From: Leucoraja erinacea
Taxonomy: Eukaryota
DNA length: 64,000 bases
NCBI RefSeq assembly: GCF_028641065.1
Contig: NC_073386.1
Coordinates: 31,620,001-31,684,000, forward strand
Direction: 5' to 3'
Shown here: in pieces, positions 24,776 to 38,959 of the stretch
Position numbering within the stretch: the first letter of the stretch is position 1
How the letters are laid out: each line of letters opens with the position of its first letter
Translations under genes and position numbers: made by a program
The notes under the pieces: model-generated
Told to the model about the DNA's origin: nothing
What the model saw: the letters and a program-made list of their open reading frames with translations, nothing else
Databases searched by the model: none

Positions 24776-25984
24776 AAATGACTAAATGCCACATCAGCCA
24801 TCTTAAATGTTATCTAGATCTTGCTACTTGTAGGTACAATCAACTTCATTATCTGTTGAGTTCCAAATGGGGCTAAATTGTGTACAGTCTGTCCTAGTAA
24901 TTTTGAATATATACAGTATAAGCAATTCTGAAATACCAATGTGTAGAATATGCTAAGAAGGCAGCACTCTAATGACTTTCAAATTTTAACAAAAAACCTT
25001 CATAGAATTTAATAATAGCACCAATGATGAAAGCAGATTGATCATATCATTGAGACATAGTGAGTCCAGCGTGATTCCATTATATTATTGTTATCTGATA
25101 ATCAAAATGTTTCCAAATCCATGGGTCAGTAGTAAATTATTGTAATTGTTTACAGTGATCAGGAGAGAGTGTGCGTCAGGTTGACTTTAGTGTTACTTTG
25201 CCATTGTTGAAAGACAATTAATTCAGTTGTAACATCATTCATCAGCATTGTCTCATACATAAATGAGTGATGACAATAACAGAATGTTAATTAGTTTTAG
25301 TTGGCACTAACTCTCGAGGATCCTGAGGATTATTTACTATTTGTACACTGAACAATCTGTCATTCATCAGCACTTTGAAAAGCTGGGCATTGTTCTACTT
25401 GGTTGTCGGTTTTAGACCAAGAGCAATGAATGGAAAAACATAAAAGCACTGACATTCTTTTTATAGTTCTGACTCTTAGCTTCGCACCAAGGAACAGAGG
25501 CTGTGCAGTTATTTAGTCGCTGTGTTAATGTGCTGGAGAGTCTTCAGCTGTGCAGTATATATTGGGGTCCATGCATCAGCTGTGCACGCCCAGGATCATC
25601 GTCTTCCGTCAGTTTTGGTGATAAATAAGGAAACCCAGTGAACTGATTACTAACCAGAATCCACTCTAGCGTAGGTGGGTAATCAGCATGACTTGCAAGC
25701 TGTCATAATGCAGCTGTGAATAGAAGTGATTACCCTGTCAGGGGTAACTTCCATGTTTGCCTCAGAAATTCAACACAACTGCTTGACATCAAGAAAGTTG
25801 TGAGTTATACTTTGTGTGTTCAGTGGGGGACAACATGCAATCTTATTCCGCAGGCTTAGGATATTCCAGTTGTATTGCTACCAAACACTGCTGTGTATAC
25901 TACATTGACCTTGCAGACTTAATATCCTTGGCACCTGGAACGACACGTTGACGGTCACTGTACAACCTGCCAACCTTGGAAATC

Positions 25985-26812
25985 CAGCCACAAATAATCT
26001 GCTGGAGGAACTCAATAGGTTAAGCAGCATCTGTTGGGGGAAAGGAATGGTCAAATGTTGGGGTTACAACCGTGGATCAGGAAATCCAGTCACAGCCATC
26101 TCCTCCCTCGACTCTGTCCAAGGACCCCGATAGTCCTTTCCAGTGAGGTAGAGGTCCACTTACACCTCCTCCAACCGCACCTACTTTATTCGCTGTTCCA
26201 GGTGTGGACTCCTTTGTATCGGCGACACCAAGCGCAGGCTCGGCAATCATTTCGCTGAACACATTTGCTGACCCTACATGTGCTCCCGGTTGCAAAATAT
26301 TTTAACTCCCCATCCCATTCCCACGCTGGCCTTTCTGTCCTGGGCCTTCTCCACTGTCAAAGTTATGCCAAATGCAAATTGGAGGAACAGCATCTCATAT
26401 TTTGTTTGGGCAGCTTACAACCCAGTGGTATGAACATTGATTTCTCTAACTTCAAATAACCCTTGCTTTCCCCCGCTCTCTCTCTGTCCCTCCCGAACTC
26501 CAGTTCTCCTACTAGTTTCACTGTCCTCCTGATTAATTTTACTGTTTGTATGCTTCATTGTCAGCTTCCCCTCATCCAACAACAAACCATTCTACATTTC
26601 CTTGATCATCGCCTGCTTTGATCTGTGCTTTTCATACCGTACATGTTCTTTGTACCATTCCATATTTCGTTTCCCTCTCCAATGACTCTCAGCCTGATGC
26701 GAAACATCAACCATTCTTTCTCTCCAGAGATGCTACCTGTCCCGCTGAGTTATTCCAACAATATGTGTCTATTTTTGTTGGAAACCAGCATCTGCAGTTC
26801 CTTCCTACACAG
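25985..26812 (+). mobile_element. Penelope-like element: short inverted pLTR piece, GIY-YIG region, 3' pLTR
   Basis: YFIRCSRCGLLCIGDTKRRLGNHFA and PVAKYFNSPSH...LEEQHLIFCLGSLQPSGMN; ends ccagcatctgcagttccttcctacaca. Confidence 0.88.
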
Positions 26813-28711
26813 CCATGTGTTATTACATGACCTGGGAAAAACGTTTCCATTAGTTACAACACAGTGGAAATGGGTTGCCCAGGACTGTAGCCAGTCCAAA
26901 AGTTCACAGAGAACAGGATCGTCGGATGGGGGAAGGAGAGTTGACAATCTGAGAGGTTCAAGATAAGGGTGGGCTGTCAGTGTAGTGATGGTAATGGTGT
27001 AATTATCGAAGAGAGGGATGGGTTTGAGTAGGGATTCAGCAAGACCTGATTGATGGCTCAACGGTATTGTATCAAGCCAAGCTTATGAGCTCGGGTGGGG
27101 CATGAGTGTGAGGTCGTTACTGTGGTGAAAGTGGGGCCCCGAACAACAGTTGATATTTCAGATTAAAGCTCATCAAAATTATGTTGCTTTCTCTACAAGG
27201 TAGTGCCTGTAGTTGAGGTAAATGTGGCAACGTTTTGTACATTTCCATCTGAAATTTAAGCCTATAGATTTTATTTTCCTTCATGTGTAACATTAATCCC
27301 ATGAGTAATGATATGTGCTTGCAATAATTTTCACGCTGGAATAAATGGAATGCATGGGTAAATTCTGAGTAATAGTACTTAATACACCTTTTGAACAGCT
27401 ATTTGCTGGTTGCGAGCTATTTTTGTTTCATTGCGATGAAGATTGGTGATTTTTAAATCTTTAAATGTTGACCTGTGGGAGACTTCTACTTTATGAGGCA
27501 CAATTTAGATGTAATCTTCATTCCTCAATGAATCAAAATGGATAAAGGCATCATAATTACACACTAGTTTGACCCATATCTGAAGCTCCACATTAATATC
27601 TACTACACCTGATGAAACTGGGAGATGACCTTGGCTGATAACTTAATGTATTGCTGAGACTTGGCTGCCTTTTGTTTCAGTAATAATGAGACAAACAGCA
27701 ACATAGGAAATATAGCCAGTTTGGCTGTGATTTCAATACTGCCTTTAATTTTCGGAACTGAGTTGGGTTCAGCAGAGTTTTAATTTGCAACCTTGTAGAC
27801 AGCCAAGGAGCTGGAAGTGGGGAGGCACATATCTTTGGGCTCAAAACAGCCAATCTATTGTACAACAAACAGAATTATCTTTTTTTCAGAAAACAATCTA
27901 TTAAATGGGTGCAGCATTCCTGAATCACTAGAAATCACCTTTTTTAAGATAATATTGTGTGCTGTTCCCCAATAAAAGCAGCACGATTATTATGGTCAAA
28001 GATTGCTGTTATGAATTAGCTTCAGTGAAAATTAATTGAATTGAAACATTTCAACATTTATTTAAATTTCACCAATGGAATAAGTGAAGTTAATCATGTT
28101 TTGTATGTAGTCATAAAATGGAACATATCTCCCGTGCCTCTCTGACCTTTTAAAATAAGATTGTCAATTATTGGCAGCTTTGCAATATAGGTCTGTGCCA
28201 AAATGGAATTAATTTCTGAAGTTAATTAAATTAATAGATTAATTTTACTAAAGATCCTTGCATTTAATAAGGATATTTTTATCTCATCACTGTGAGTAGT
28301 TTTTGAACCCAGGCCTAGGAACCATAACACAACATTGTAAACATTCTGGTTCTCGCTGTGATTTTTTTAAAGGAGGATATTTGGGGTGACTTTGCGTTGT
28401 ATCGCCTGGGTACCAGCATAAACTTTCCTATGATGTAGAGCAGCAAACATGTGATAGAAAATGATCTGTTTCATACAATGTACATTGTGCTATGTTTATG
28501 AGAACCTTATTTAAATGACATAAGCAGGGTGTGCTTCAAAACACAATTTTCCTGATGCAATGTAATTTTAGCCAATGGACATTTTAGTTCTCATATAGGT
28601 GACAGCTTATTAAAACAATAAACTAGCATCTGACATCATAAAGAGAAGAGCATTTGAACAGTTTCACAATGTCACTTGAATCCATAGGTTTAATTTTCAG
28701 TTTGGTTTATT

Positions 28712-29045
28712 CAGTTTAATTTATTGTCACGTACCGAGGTACAGTGAAAAACTTTTGTTGCATGCTATCCAGTCATCAGAAAGACGATACATGATTTCAA
28801 TCAAACCAATGACAGTGTAAAGATACATGATAAGGGAATAACGTTTAGTGCAAGGTAAAGCCAGTAAAGTCCGATCAAGGATAGTCCAAGGGTCACCAAC
28901 GAGGTGGATAGTAGTTCAGCACTGCTCTCTGGTTACGGTAGGATGATTCAGTTGTCAGATAACAGCTGGGAAAAAAAACTGTCCCTGAATCTGGAGGTGT
29001 ACGTTTTCACACTTCCATTGCCAGGGTGCAACTTGTCCTTGATTA
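28712..29045 (-). mobile_element. Rex1/Babar-type LINE 3' end
   Basis: Minus strand encodes a HTSRFRDSFFPAVI-like ORF end; matches 14158-14812. Confidence 0.75.
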
Positions 29046-29179
29046 TGCTACTACTGCTTTGACACAAGGTCCTAAATTGGTGTTGGCCTTTATTTAAACA
29101 GCCTGCATGCTTCTGGCAGGAAACAATGCAGGGTGTTTAATTTCCTATCCACCCGTTGGCAGAGTGGGAGCTGGGTGAT

Positions 29180-29970
29180 TTTAGCAGTTGTGGGATGAAT
29201 AACGGGCAACAATGAGTCGGATTCAGGCAGGAGAGAGATCAATAATCTGATGGAATGATGCAAGAACAACAGTGTTGCTCTTACTATTAGCAAGGCCAAG
29301 GAGCTGATTGTTGACTTCAGGAAGAAAAAGCTGAGGCTCATTGGCGGGAAGGTGGTGGAGAGAGACAATGACTTCAAGTTCCTGGGCCAGCACATTTCTG
29401 AGGATCTGTTCCGGGCCTGGAACTTTGATTCAATCACAACACATTTAGTTCTGTAGAAGATTGAGGAGATTCGGCATATCACCAAATACTCAAACTTCTA
29501 CAGGTTTGCAGTGGAGAGCATACTGACTGGTTGCATTATAGCCTGGTTCAGTGACTTGAATATCCAACAACAAAGAAGACTGCAAAAAGTGATGGATGGT
29601 GCCTGATTCATCATAGGTATGGACCTTCCCCATCTCACAAAGGCAGCTTATATCATCAAAAGGCCACACCACCCTGGCCATGCTCTCATCTCACTGCTAA
29701 CACTGGGAAGAAGGTACAGAAGTGTTAGAAAAGCTACTTCAGTTTCAAGATCAACTTCTTCCCACCAATCATCTCTTGAATCACAGTGCACGCATCCTCA
29801 CCACTCCCCTACCTCAGCAATGAACTGATATGGACCATGAGAAAGGGTTGCTCTATGTATTTTTGCTTGTACAATTGTAGTCTAGTTGCCTACTATTACT
29901 GATAATTTATTGTATTATTAATCATGGCATATTTATTTTTTATGTTGTTGCGTTAATGTGCCTGTACATT
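29180..29970 (+). mobile_element. Rex1/Babar LINE RT C-terminal relic
   Basis: KAKELIVDFRK, FKFLG.HISEDL, VESILTGCI.AWF motifs with stops and frameshifts. Confidence 0.8.
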
Positions 29971-30411
29971 TCCTGATTTAAAAAACGGCTGTCCAGATAG
30001 CCAATGGATAGCGGGCAGGCACCAGAGTCAGCTTTGGAACTAATCTTGTAGTGTGCATGCATGAATAATGGAAGCCGAGTGTACCATGCTGCACATGTTA
30101 GGCATAGATGAGGTTTCCTATTTCTGTTCATTTCATGAAGAAAATTGTTTAAATATTATCCAGCATTGGCTTTGTCTACTTTGAATTTGTCTACTTTGGA
30201 AGGCATACTGGTTTCCCTGCTGAGGTCACCGCTGATGTGAGATCGATTTTAATATCCCTGTCCTGCAACAATTTCCAATGACGTACGGTATGCAAATGAC
30301 GGTAGTGTGCACTAAATTCTGTTCAAGCCTATTCACCATTTTACCTGGAATTTATGCATCTGCTAACTAAGAGCTTGGGTGTCTAAAATTATGTTGGTCA
30401 TGCCTCAGGAC

Positions 30412-31865
30412 AATGGACAATAGATGCAGGAGTAGGCCATTTGGCCATTCAATGTGACCATGGCTGATCATCCATAATCAGTACCCCGTTCCTGCCTTCT
30501 CTCCATATCCTTTAACTCCGCTATCCATAAGACCTCTATCTGACTCTCTCTTGAAAGCATCCAGTGAACCAGCCTCCACTGCCCTCTGAGGCAGAGGATT
30601 CCAAACACAACAACAGCGCCTAACAACAGCGGCTCGACTACAGTCGTCTGTCTTTTTTTATTTTTGTCTTGTTAAATGTATGTCTTGAGTTAGTTTTTAT
30701 TATTATTTTTAGCTGTGTATATGTGGGGGGTGGTGGGGGGGCTGTGGGGGAAACCGTTTAAAATCTCTTCCCTGTGCGGAGACCCGACTATTCCCTGTCG
30801 GGTCTCGGATGTCGTTGGGCCTAACATCGTGGAGCCAGCGGCGACCTCCGGCCGGGACTAACCTGAGGTCTCCAGTTGCAGAGCCTGCGGAACTGAGATC
30901 GCAGAGCTGGCCAACTTCGTAGTGGGAAGAGCTGTGGTGGCGTGCGGCTGCGACTCGACTTTGGAGTTCGGAGGCACCGGCCGCCGACCCGGTGGACGGG
31001 AACATCGGGAGCTCGCAGGTCCCTGGTGGGAGACTTCTCCCGCTAGAATCGAGGGTTTAAGGACATGGAGCCGGGGCCTAACATCGCCCGGCATGGCTTA
31101 AACGCCCTCAGGACTTACCATCGCCCGCCGGGGGCTTTAACATCGGAGCCCCAGTTCGCCGCGACACTGCAGTTGGACTGCTGGACCACGGGAGAAGGAA
31201 CAAAGGGAAGAGATAAAGACTTTGCCTTTCATCACAGTGAGGAGATGTTGGAGACTCACTGTGATGAATGTTTATGTAAACTGTGTTAAGTGTGGGTCTT
31301 GGATTGTTTTGTAATGTAAAAAAACAAACTGTAGAAATGATATTTTGTTCAAACCTAGGTTTGAATGACAATACATTGCATTCTATTCTATTCTATTCTA
31401 TTCTATTCTATTCTATGTTTCCTGCCTCTAGTGTGTCCAAACCCTTAATAATCTTATATGTTTCAATTAGACCCCCTCTCATCCTAAATGCCAGAGTATA
31501 CAAGGTCAGCTGCTCCAATCTATAAACATATGACAATCTCGCCATCCCAGGAATTAACCTCATGAACCTACCCTGCACTCCTTCAATAGCAAGATTGTCC
31601 TTCCTCAAGTTTGGAGACCAAAACTGCACACAATACCCCAGGTGTGGTCTCACTAGGGCCCTCTACAACTGCAGGAGGACCTCTTTGCTCCTGTACTCAA
31701 CTCCTCTTGCTATGAAGCCCAACATGCCATTTGCTTTCTTCACTGCCTGCTGTACCTGCATTCTTCCTTTCAGTGACTGATGTACAAGGACCCTCAGATC
31801 CCATTGTACTTACCCTTTTCCCAACTTGACACCATTTAGATAATAAATTGCCTTCCTGTTTTTCC
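30412..31865 (-). mobile_element. CR1 3' portion interrupted by a GC-rich element at ~30606-31415
   Basis: ORF 31408-31653 RPHLGYCVQFWSPNLRKD...; tail at 30412-30605. Confidence 0.88.
30606..31415 (+). mobile_element. GC-rich non-coding retroposon with (ATTCT)n tail
   Basis: CpG-rich body, catcacagtgagg...cactgtgatg hairpin, tandem-repeat tail; related to 38960-40126. Confidence 0.6.
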
Positions 31866-33318
31866 CCTCACAGTTTCAAATTGTAACCGCCTCCATATAA
31901 TAGATAGAGTCTTCTTTATACAGCTAAGGTGCAGCACCATTGAGCAGACTAGTGGATGACTGGTGAAGGCATGGTGGCACTGAATGCATTGACAGCCACT
32001 TGTCACAGTAGAATACATTACTGCAACATGAGTCCATAGGAAGGGAACATGCTGCACCTGACCATTGTTGCTAATATTAGTGCCAGCTCTATGATGTGTG
32101 TTGGCTGCAAGTACTCCTGCAGCAGATGGCACAGCTTGGCTACTGGCAGTCTGTTGGCCTAGAGGGCTTGGAGCCTGTTCCAGCTGGTACTTTCTGATGA
32201 GGTGCCTGTAATTGACGATGGAGGTGTATAAACAGGTGAGAGTGAGCTGCCTTGTCTGCCTCTTGTACAGACTAACTGTTTGGCATATATCCGGTTCTTC
32301 TTTGCTCCCTCCAAAATTTAAAAGGAACTCCCATTATCCCAATATTGTGAATACTATTAAATAAATAGCAATCCCAGAACGCCCAGTTCAAGGCCTCTTC
32401 ACCAGATGGTAGCAGAAAAGAAACGGAAGAAAAGCCGAGTAGAAAGACAAAGAGAAATGTTCAGAAACGGCATCAAAGCATAGCTAGAGGCCTATTCAAG
32501 TGCACTACAGTAAAATTCACCCACTCTAGCAGCTTGGGATGCTCACTTCAATGACAAGTAAATGACAAAGCACTGAGCTTGCTTAAGATTTGTAATCATT
32601 TGGGAACGTGTAAATGACATGGTTTTAATGTAATTATCTGCAAATTGACAAGTGCTTTATATGATATGGCTTGAAATACTAAGTGGGCGTAAAAGAGATT
32701 GGTCTATTTTTTCCTGAATGTTTCTATCCATTTGTTGTTTTCTATTTTATAATTGCATGTATGTGTATTTAAGTATTGCTTTTTATATCATGAAATGCTA
32801 AATATACGACTAAATATACGATTGTTTTCAACCATACATCTAAAGGTGCAATTCAATTGGTCGTGGCAACAATCTCAAAATAAATTATGACTGCCTGGAA
32901 ATTATTCAGCTCAAAAATACACACTAAAGTATTCTGTGCAGGGGAACTTGCATTTCATCCGAGACCGCAGAAGAGCTTAGCTTTGCAGAAATTACAGTTT
33001 CAATCAAAGTCACGTGAGAAGGGCAAACTGTGTTGCATAATCTCCCGTTGTGGTAGGAGTTCTTAAAAAGTCATATCACAGAACTACTTTGGGAAAAATG
33101 TGCCTTCAAATGCAGGTTAAATGATGAAGATACGCAAGGTACATCTTCAATGGAACATGAGATGTTGACTGGTGGAGGATCATGTTCCCCCTCCCACTCC
33201 ACCGGTCGCAACTTACAAGGAATATTCATCTAGTAGATGTCTGACATCATGAGATTCATAGAGCATCCAAGTGTTCCTTGGCTGCCAGATTGTCCAAAGC
33301 GACTTGCATTGTATAGAA

Positions 33319-33842
33319 ATGTTTAAGAAAGAACTGCACCTGCACTTCCTCCAACCTCATCTATTGCATCCACTGCTCTAGGTGTCAACTGCTCTACATC
33401 GGTGAGACCAAGCACAGCCTTGGCGATCGCTTCGCCCAACACCTCTGCACAGTTCGCAACCAACCCGATCTCCCGGTGGCTCAGCACTTCAATTCCCCCT
33501 CCCATTCCGTATCCGACCTTTCTGTCCTGGGCCTCCTCCATGACCAGAGTGAGTCGCAACGCAAATTATATGAGCAGCACTTCATATTTTGCTTGGGTAG
33601 TTTACATCCCAGGGGTATGAACATTTGCTACTCCAATTTCAGGTAGTCCTTGCTTTCTCCCTCCCCCTCCTCTTCCCAGCTCTCCCACAGCGCACTGTCT
33701 CCGCCTCTTCCTTTCTTCTTCCTGCCCATCCCCTACCCCCACATCAGTCTGAAGAAGGGTCTCGACCCAAAGCTTCGCCTATTCCTTCTCTCCATAGATG
33801 CTGCCTCACCCGCTGAGTTTCTCCAACATTTTTTGTCTACCT
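33319..33842 (+). mobile_element. 5'-truncated Penelope-like element with 15 bp TSD
   Basis: Short inverted tail (gtttaagaaagaactgca), GIY-YIG relic (LIYCIHCSRCQLLYIGETK), pLTR with CTGAAGAagggtctcgaccc; TSD ttgcattgtatagaa at 33304-33318 and 33843-33857. Confidence 0.9.
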
Positions 33843-34018
33843 TTGCATTGTATAGAACAGCTCTTTACCCAAATCCCATGTTAATATATTAGTAATTATT
33901 TTTCAATGCTGAATATTGTACCAATAACATCAATTTTGTGCTGCATATCAACTGACATCACTGCTAATTACCCAATTGCTTTTGTATGCAAGTAGATCAC
34001 TGGCAGGTAGGCCTGCAC

Positions 34019-34228
34019 GTGTAGGAAGGAACTGCAGATGCTGGTTTAAACCGAAGATAGACACAAAAAGCTGGAGTAACTCAGCCGGACAGGCAGCATC
34101 TCTGGAGAGAAGGAATGGGTGACGATTCGGGTCTGAAGAAGGGTCTCGTCATGAAACGTCACCCATTCATTCTCTCCAGGGAAGCTGCCGGTCCCGCTGA
34201 GTTACTCCAGCTTTGTGTCTATCTTCTA
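34019..34228. mobile_element. Foldback Penelope-pLTR element with hammerhead core
   Basis: GGGT-CTGAAGA(34133-34139)...GAAACGTC(34153-34160)-ACCC; TSD taggcctgca (34008-34017) / taggactgca (34229-34238). Confidence 0.88.
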
Positions 34229-34339
34229 TAGGACTGCATACCAGTCTCCCAGACTGCCGCATGCAAGCAAGGAATTGTCAATCACACTGAGCAATTGGTT
34301 TCCATTTAAAAAATACTACATTGTAATGGGTCATATAAA

Positions 34340-35080
34340 CAAAGAAAAAGGCTGATTGTCCCAACATGTCTATGACGGCTAATACATACATACCTATCTA
34401 TGGTAATCCTATTTAGCACTATTTAGTCCATAGACGGCTATGTCTTGGCAGTTCAAGGGCAGTTCAAGTAGTTACCTAGATACAAAGTTGTGGGAGTACC
34501 TGTCAACATCAACTTCCAGGCAATACATTCCAGACCCTCGGGGTGAAAAAATCATCCCTCAGATTCCTTTTGAACTTTAAACCTATGCCTTCTGCTTTTA
34601 GTCAGTTCTCACTTAGCGAAACATATCATACTATCTATCCTATTTATGCATAATTTTATATAGCTTTAACAGATTCATCGCAGCCTTGTTTGCTGCAAGG
34701 AAAAAAACCTAGGTTATCCACTCTCCCCTCAAAACAGAAGCATCCTGATTACCTCTGCACTCTCTGCATCTCCTCTGCACCCTCTCCAGTGCAAGCATGT
34801 ACTTCCAAAGTAGAAGGGCCTGAGAATTGTCCTCACCACCCGATCTTCCTGTGATGCCATCTTCAGAGATCATTGAATGTACAACAAGTCTCTTTGTTCC
34901 ACAAAACGCCATAGAGCTTTACCATTCATGCTTATGTCAAATCCTTGTTTAAACCCTCAAAATACATCACCTCACATTTATCAATATTAAATTCCACCCT
35001 CCAGTTGTTCTGCACAAATTACCAACTGCTCAATATCATATTTACTATCAACAGCACCATCGATTTTCATATCATTTGCA
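34340..35080 (-). mobile_element. Degraded CR1 fragment
   Basis: ctcctctgcaccctctccagtgcaagc (LALERVQRR on the minus strand). Confidence 0.6.
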
Positions 35081-37339
35081 ATATTATGCACAAATACATT
35101 GTACTGTGAAATGGAAATTTTAACCCAGAGAACGTCTTGAACATCTGGTAGTCATAGACATGCATTCACTTATAGATCATGGTAAAAGTTAAGAAAAAGA
35201 ATTAAACATTTCATTTGCATGCTCATAATATCAATCACTACAACAAAGTACACAAGAGAACCTTAAATACATAATAGTTTGGAATATGTAATATATGGGA
35301 TGATTTAGTGCGTGGGCCATATTAGATGAAATTCATTGTGGGTTCCACAAATTGAGGTTATCGCATTAACTATAGTGAAAGCCCTTGCAAACTACAAGGG
35401 TTTTGATAGTTTTCTGAAACGACTTTGGTGGAAGATGTTTGGAAACCACAAATCTTATGTACTGCAGAAATTTGCTTGTACCTGCAGATCTGATAACCTC
35501 TGGAGTCACAGTTGGAGGGAACAATCTCAACATTGCTAAAGGTTTATATTCATGGACCCTTTTGACCTAACATAATATTACATCAATCAGCTTTAGAATT
35601 ATTTTCAGCAGATTATTCAATGATTTCTTTATTTATCAGTTCAGCATTTGAAATACTGCAACAGAAGGCAAGTGTGCGTGTGTGTACCTTGCACATCAGG
35701 ATGTGTTTTCTTGTTTAATACAGGTGTAGCAAGACTCGGTTCATTATATCGCACAGGCTTTATAACACTACACAACAATTTCACCCTGTTGCTTAGCCAT
35801 TGAGTGGCTACACAGGTTATCTTGTGTAAGCCAATGAAATGGATATTTTGATATATAGCGTTTCAGTGGAATATTCAAACCATTTCTGTTGATGAAAGGG
35901 ATTTAATCTTTTCCCTGATCTTTTGAGCTATTGTGAGAATGATAACTCAATCAAAAATAATTTGAATTTACAATGCCGTATAGTTATAGCTAAAGCACTG
36001 AAGCATGGAACATGAAGGATTGGCAACCATCTGTACACTGCCTGCTGTTAAGGCGTGATTATTCAACAAAGTACTCAAACAGTGGGAAGCAAATCAAACA
36101 GTGATTAAAGATGTAGTCAGGCTGAATGACCATTTTGAAGGTTCCCAGTGAGCCATTTCCATTGCCTGATGAATAGATGCAGACACAATTGCTCGATTGG
36201 CTTTAATATTTTCTTTCTACCTAGTTTCCCGAGAATCTCACTTTGTGGCCATTCTCATGAGTTTGAAAATAACTGTTAATTAGTCATTGGAAGGCAGCAT
36301 TCCATGGTGGATTTTAATCACCACTGGTCTTCTAAACAATCTAGCGACCTACCGTACATTAAACAAATACAAATAGATCAGAAGAATGTAATTTAATGTA
36401 CCTATTCAACCTTACCCAATATGCATTTCCATTGACTAGTTTGACTTGCTTCTTTAAAATCAATAACTACAAATATAATTTAATGTGTTAATCCAGCAAA
36501 AGCACTGATGCTAGTCTAATGTGAAATAGAAAAAATAAATTCTTGACAAGTGATGGTGAATGATTTCAGTTGAGACCAGTAACAATCTTTTATTTCTATA
36601 TTGTGTTTTGTTTTTTTTTTAATGTTATTTTGTGTTTATAATCTTGAGATCTGAGCTGCATATTCATGGAGCTCCCTCTTAAAATGTAAATTGCCCAAAC
36701 CATTAATTATTTTTGCTTGGAATTTATGTTCAACTGTAATAGTTCAAATGGAATAATTTGGCAACATCAACTTAACTGAGGAACATTATTGTATAATATC
36801 TTACTTTTCAAAAAAATTAATAGTTTGCTTTGAACAATAATAATTCATAAGTTTAGGATTCATGCATGGTTGAAGTCACTGATCCAAGGGTGTGATAACA
36901 TTTTGGATAGTGCAGGCACCTCAGTTCTGGTGAAAATATGTAAAATAGAAACTGGAAATGATTTGGTAGAAAAAAATGACACCAATGCAAGAAAAAAAAT
37001 AATGCCTTGCGTTCAATAATTATTACAGCTAACATGTATTTATAACATACCAGAAGTTAGTAGCAGATGGTGCATGAAGATCTGCAAAACAGTAAATCTA
37101 GAAATGTAATTGCATAGCCAATGTTTTGATGCAGTCCATGACTGATTTAGAGTGCAAAACCATTCTAAAACCATGAAAGGCGCATCTGGATCTGCATGGA
37201 AAATTGATTTGTGTGCATGATACTCTGCTGAATAAATAGCAGTGACCTCACCGGCCTGCACATTTGTCATTACTGCCATAAAATTGGAATGCAGATGCAT
37301 GAATAAACGATATGGGCCTTAATTACAAGAGTAGGTATA

Positions 37340-37780
37340 CTGTCAGAAAGCAGTGCAGCACTCTATAGGCCCTTTTGTCCTCCTTGTCCATTGCAACCAA
37401 GTTGGGAAATAGGACTCGTCCCATTTGGCTACATTTGGCCCACAGCCCTTTACAGCCTTCCTATTCTGTCCAATTGACTTTTAAAAGTCATTATTGTATC
37501 TGCTTCTAAAGCTTCCTCCAGCAACTCATTCCAATTATAAATTACCGAGTGACGAGGTTGCCCCTGAGTTCCATCTTAAATTTCTCCCCTCGCATAGTTA
37601 GACTATGCCCTCTAGCTTTAGAACCCACTGCCATGGGGGAAAAAGACTGTGAGCATTCACTTTATCCATGCCCTTTGTGATCTTGTACACTTCAATAAGA
37701 TCACCCCTCAGCCTCCAATGCTCCAAATAAAACTCCCGAGCCTATCCAATCTCTCCATATAATTCAAGCCAAGAAGCCCA
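37340..37780 (-). mobile_element. Degraded CR1 3' fragment
   Basis: gtacacttcaataagatcacccctcagcctcc...cctatccaatctctcc. Confidence 0.65.
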
Positions 37781-37808
37781 GGTAGAAGAAAGGAAAAAAA
37801 AACTGATC

Positions 37809-38123
37809 TAGTTTAGTTTAGAGATACAGCGAGTAAACAGGCCATTTGGCCTACCGGGTCCGCGTCAACCAGCGATCCCCACACATTGACACTACCCTAC
37901 ACCCACTAGGGACAAATTTTACATTTACCAAGTCAATTAGCCTACAAACCTGTACATTTTTGTAGTGTGGGAGGAAACCGAAGATCTCAAAGAAACATCC
38001 CACGGGTCACGGGGAGCACGTACAAACTCCGTACAGACAGCATCCGTAGTCAGGATCGAGCCGGGGTCTCCGGCGCTGCATTCGCTGTAAGGCAGCAACT
38101 CTACCGCTGCGCCACCTTGACCA
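37809..38123 (-). mobile_element. HE1/V-type SINE, full length
   Basis: (tagtt)n tail to ctctaccgctgcgccacc. Confidence 0.9.
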
Positions 38124-38172
38124 CCCTAGATCTTGTCATAACAGAGACCTTAAGCAAAGTGGGCCTTACCTA

Positions 38173-38401
38173 GGAAGAAACTGCAGATGCTGGTTTACAC
38201 CAAAGATGGACACAAAATGCCATATTATGCTGGCGTAATATGCGGGACAGACAGCATCTCTGGATAGAAGGAATGGGCGACGTTTCGGGTTGAGACCCTT
38301 CTTCAGAGTGAAGAAGAGTATCGACCCGAAATGTCACCCATTCCTTCTCTCCAGAGATGCTGCCTGTCCCGCTGAGTTACTCCAGCATTTTGTGTGTATC
38401 A
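38173..38401. mobile_element. Foldback Penelope-pLTR element with two divergent hammerhead cores
   Basis: Minus core 38279-38306 intact; plus core 38308-38339 mutated; TSD tgggccttaccta (38160-38172) / tgggctttgccta (38402-38414). Confidence 0.88.
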
Positions 38402-38959
38402 TGGGCTTTGCCTACTTGAGTCACGGTGGGGACTGGGAGTCCAATATTGTGTTACTAATCCACATCACTTCATGACTGGGTGATTGGGTGGAGGAAGGCA
38501 CAGAGCAACCTTATGAATGCTTCCACTGTTTGACATGCAGGGTATCTGCTATCATTGAGAACCACAACTCCTGAAATTTCACAAGATTAGTATGCGTATC
38601 TGTCAGTGCTGAAGATCTGGGAATAACACTGTCAACTTGCATGTCCTGTGAATAAAGTCACACTCCCCCATGTTTCCTGAAGAGATTAACCATTGGACCG
38701 CAGATTGTCACATGGTGTGGAATTTCCAAATTGTCAAATCTTTATGTATTAATTTCTGTCAAACAAATGAATGCATTAAATGTCAAAATACTGAAGAAAT
38801 ATACTGATACGCTGATGTACTAATATACAGTTATGACAATCTGCTGTTCATTTTTTGACAATTACCCTGATACCATCACCCCAATTCAATTAAATGTGTT
38901 TATTTTGCTTACTGTTTGTATCGTTTTGAGTAAACATAAATATTAATCAAGACCAGGGC

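Noticed and set aside
31380-31415. (ATTCT)n pentanucleotide repeat in a dab1 intron, recalling the human SCA37 DAB1 repeat
   Set aside because: It is a short retroposon tail with a different motif in a different intron; no orthology
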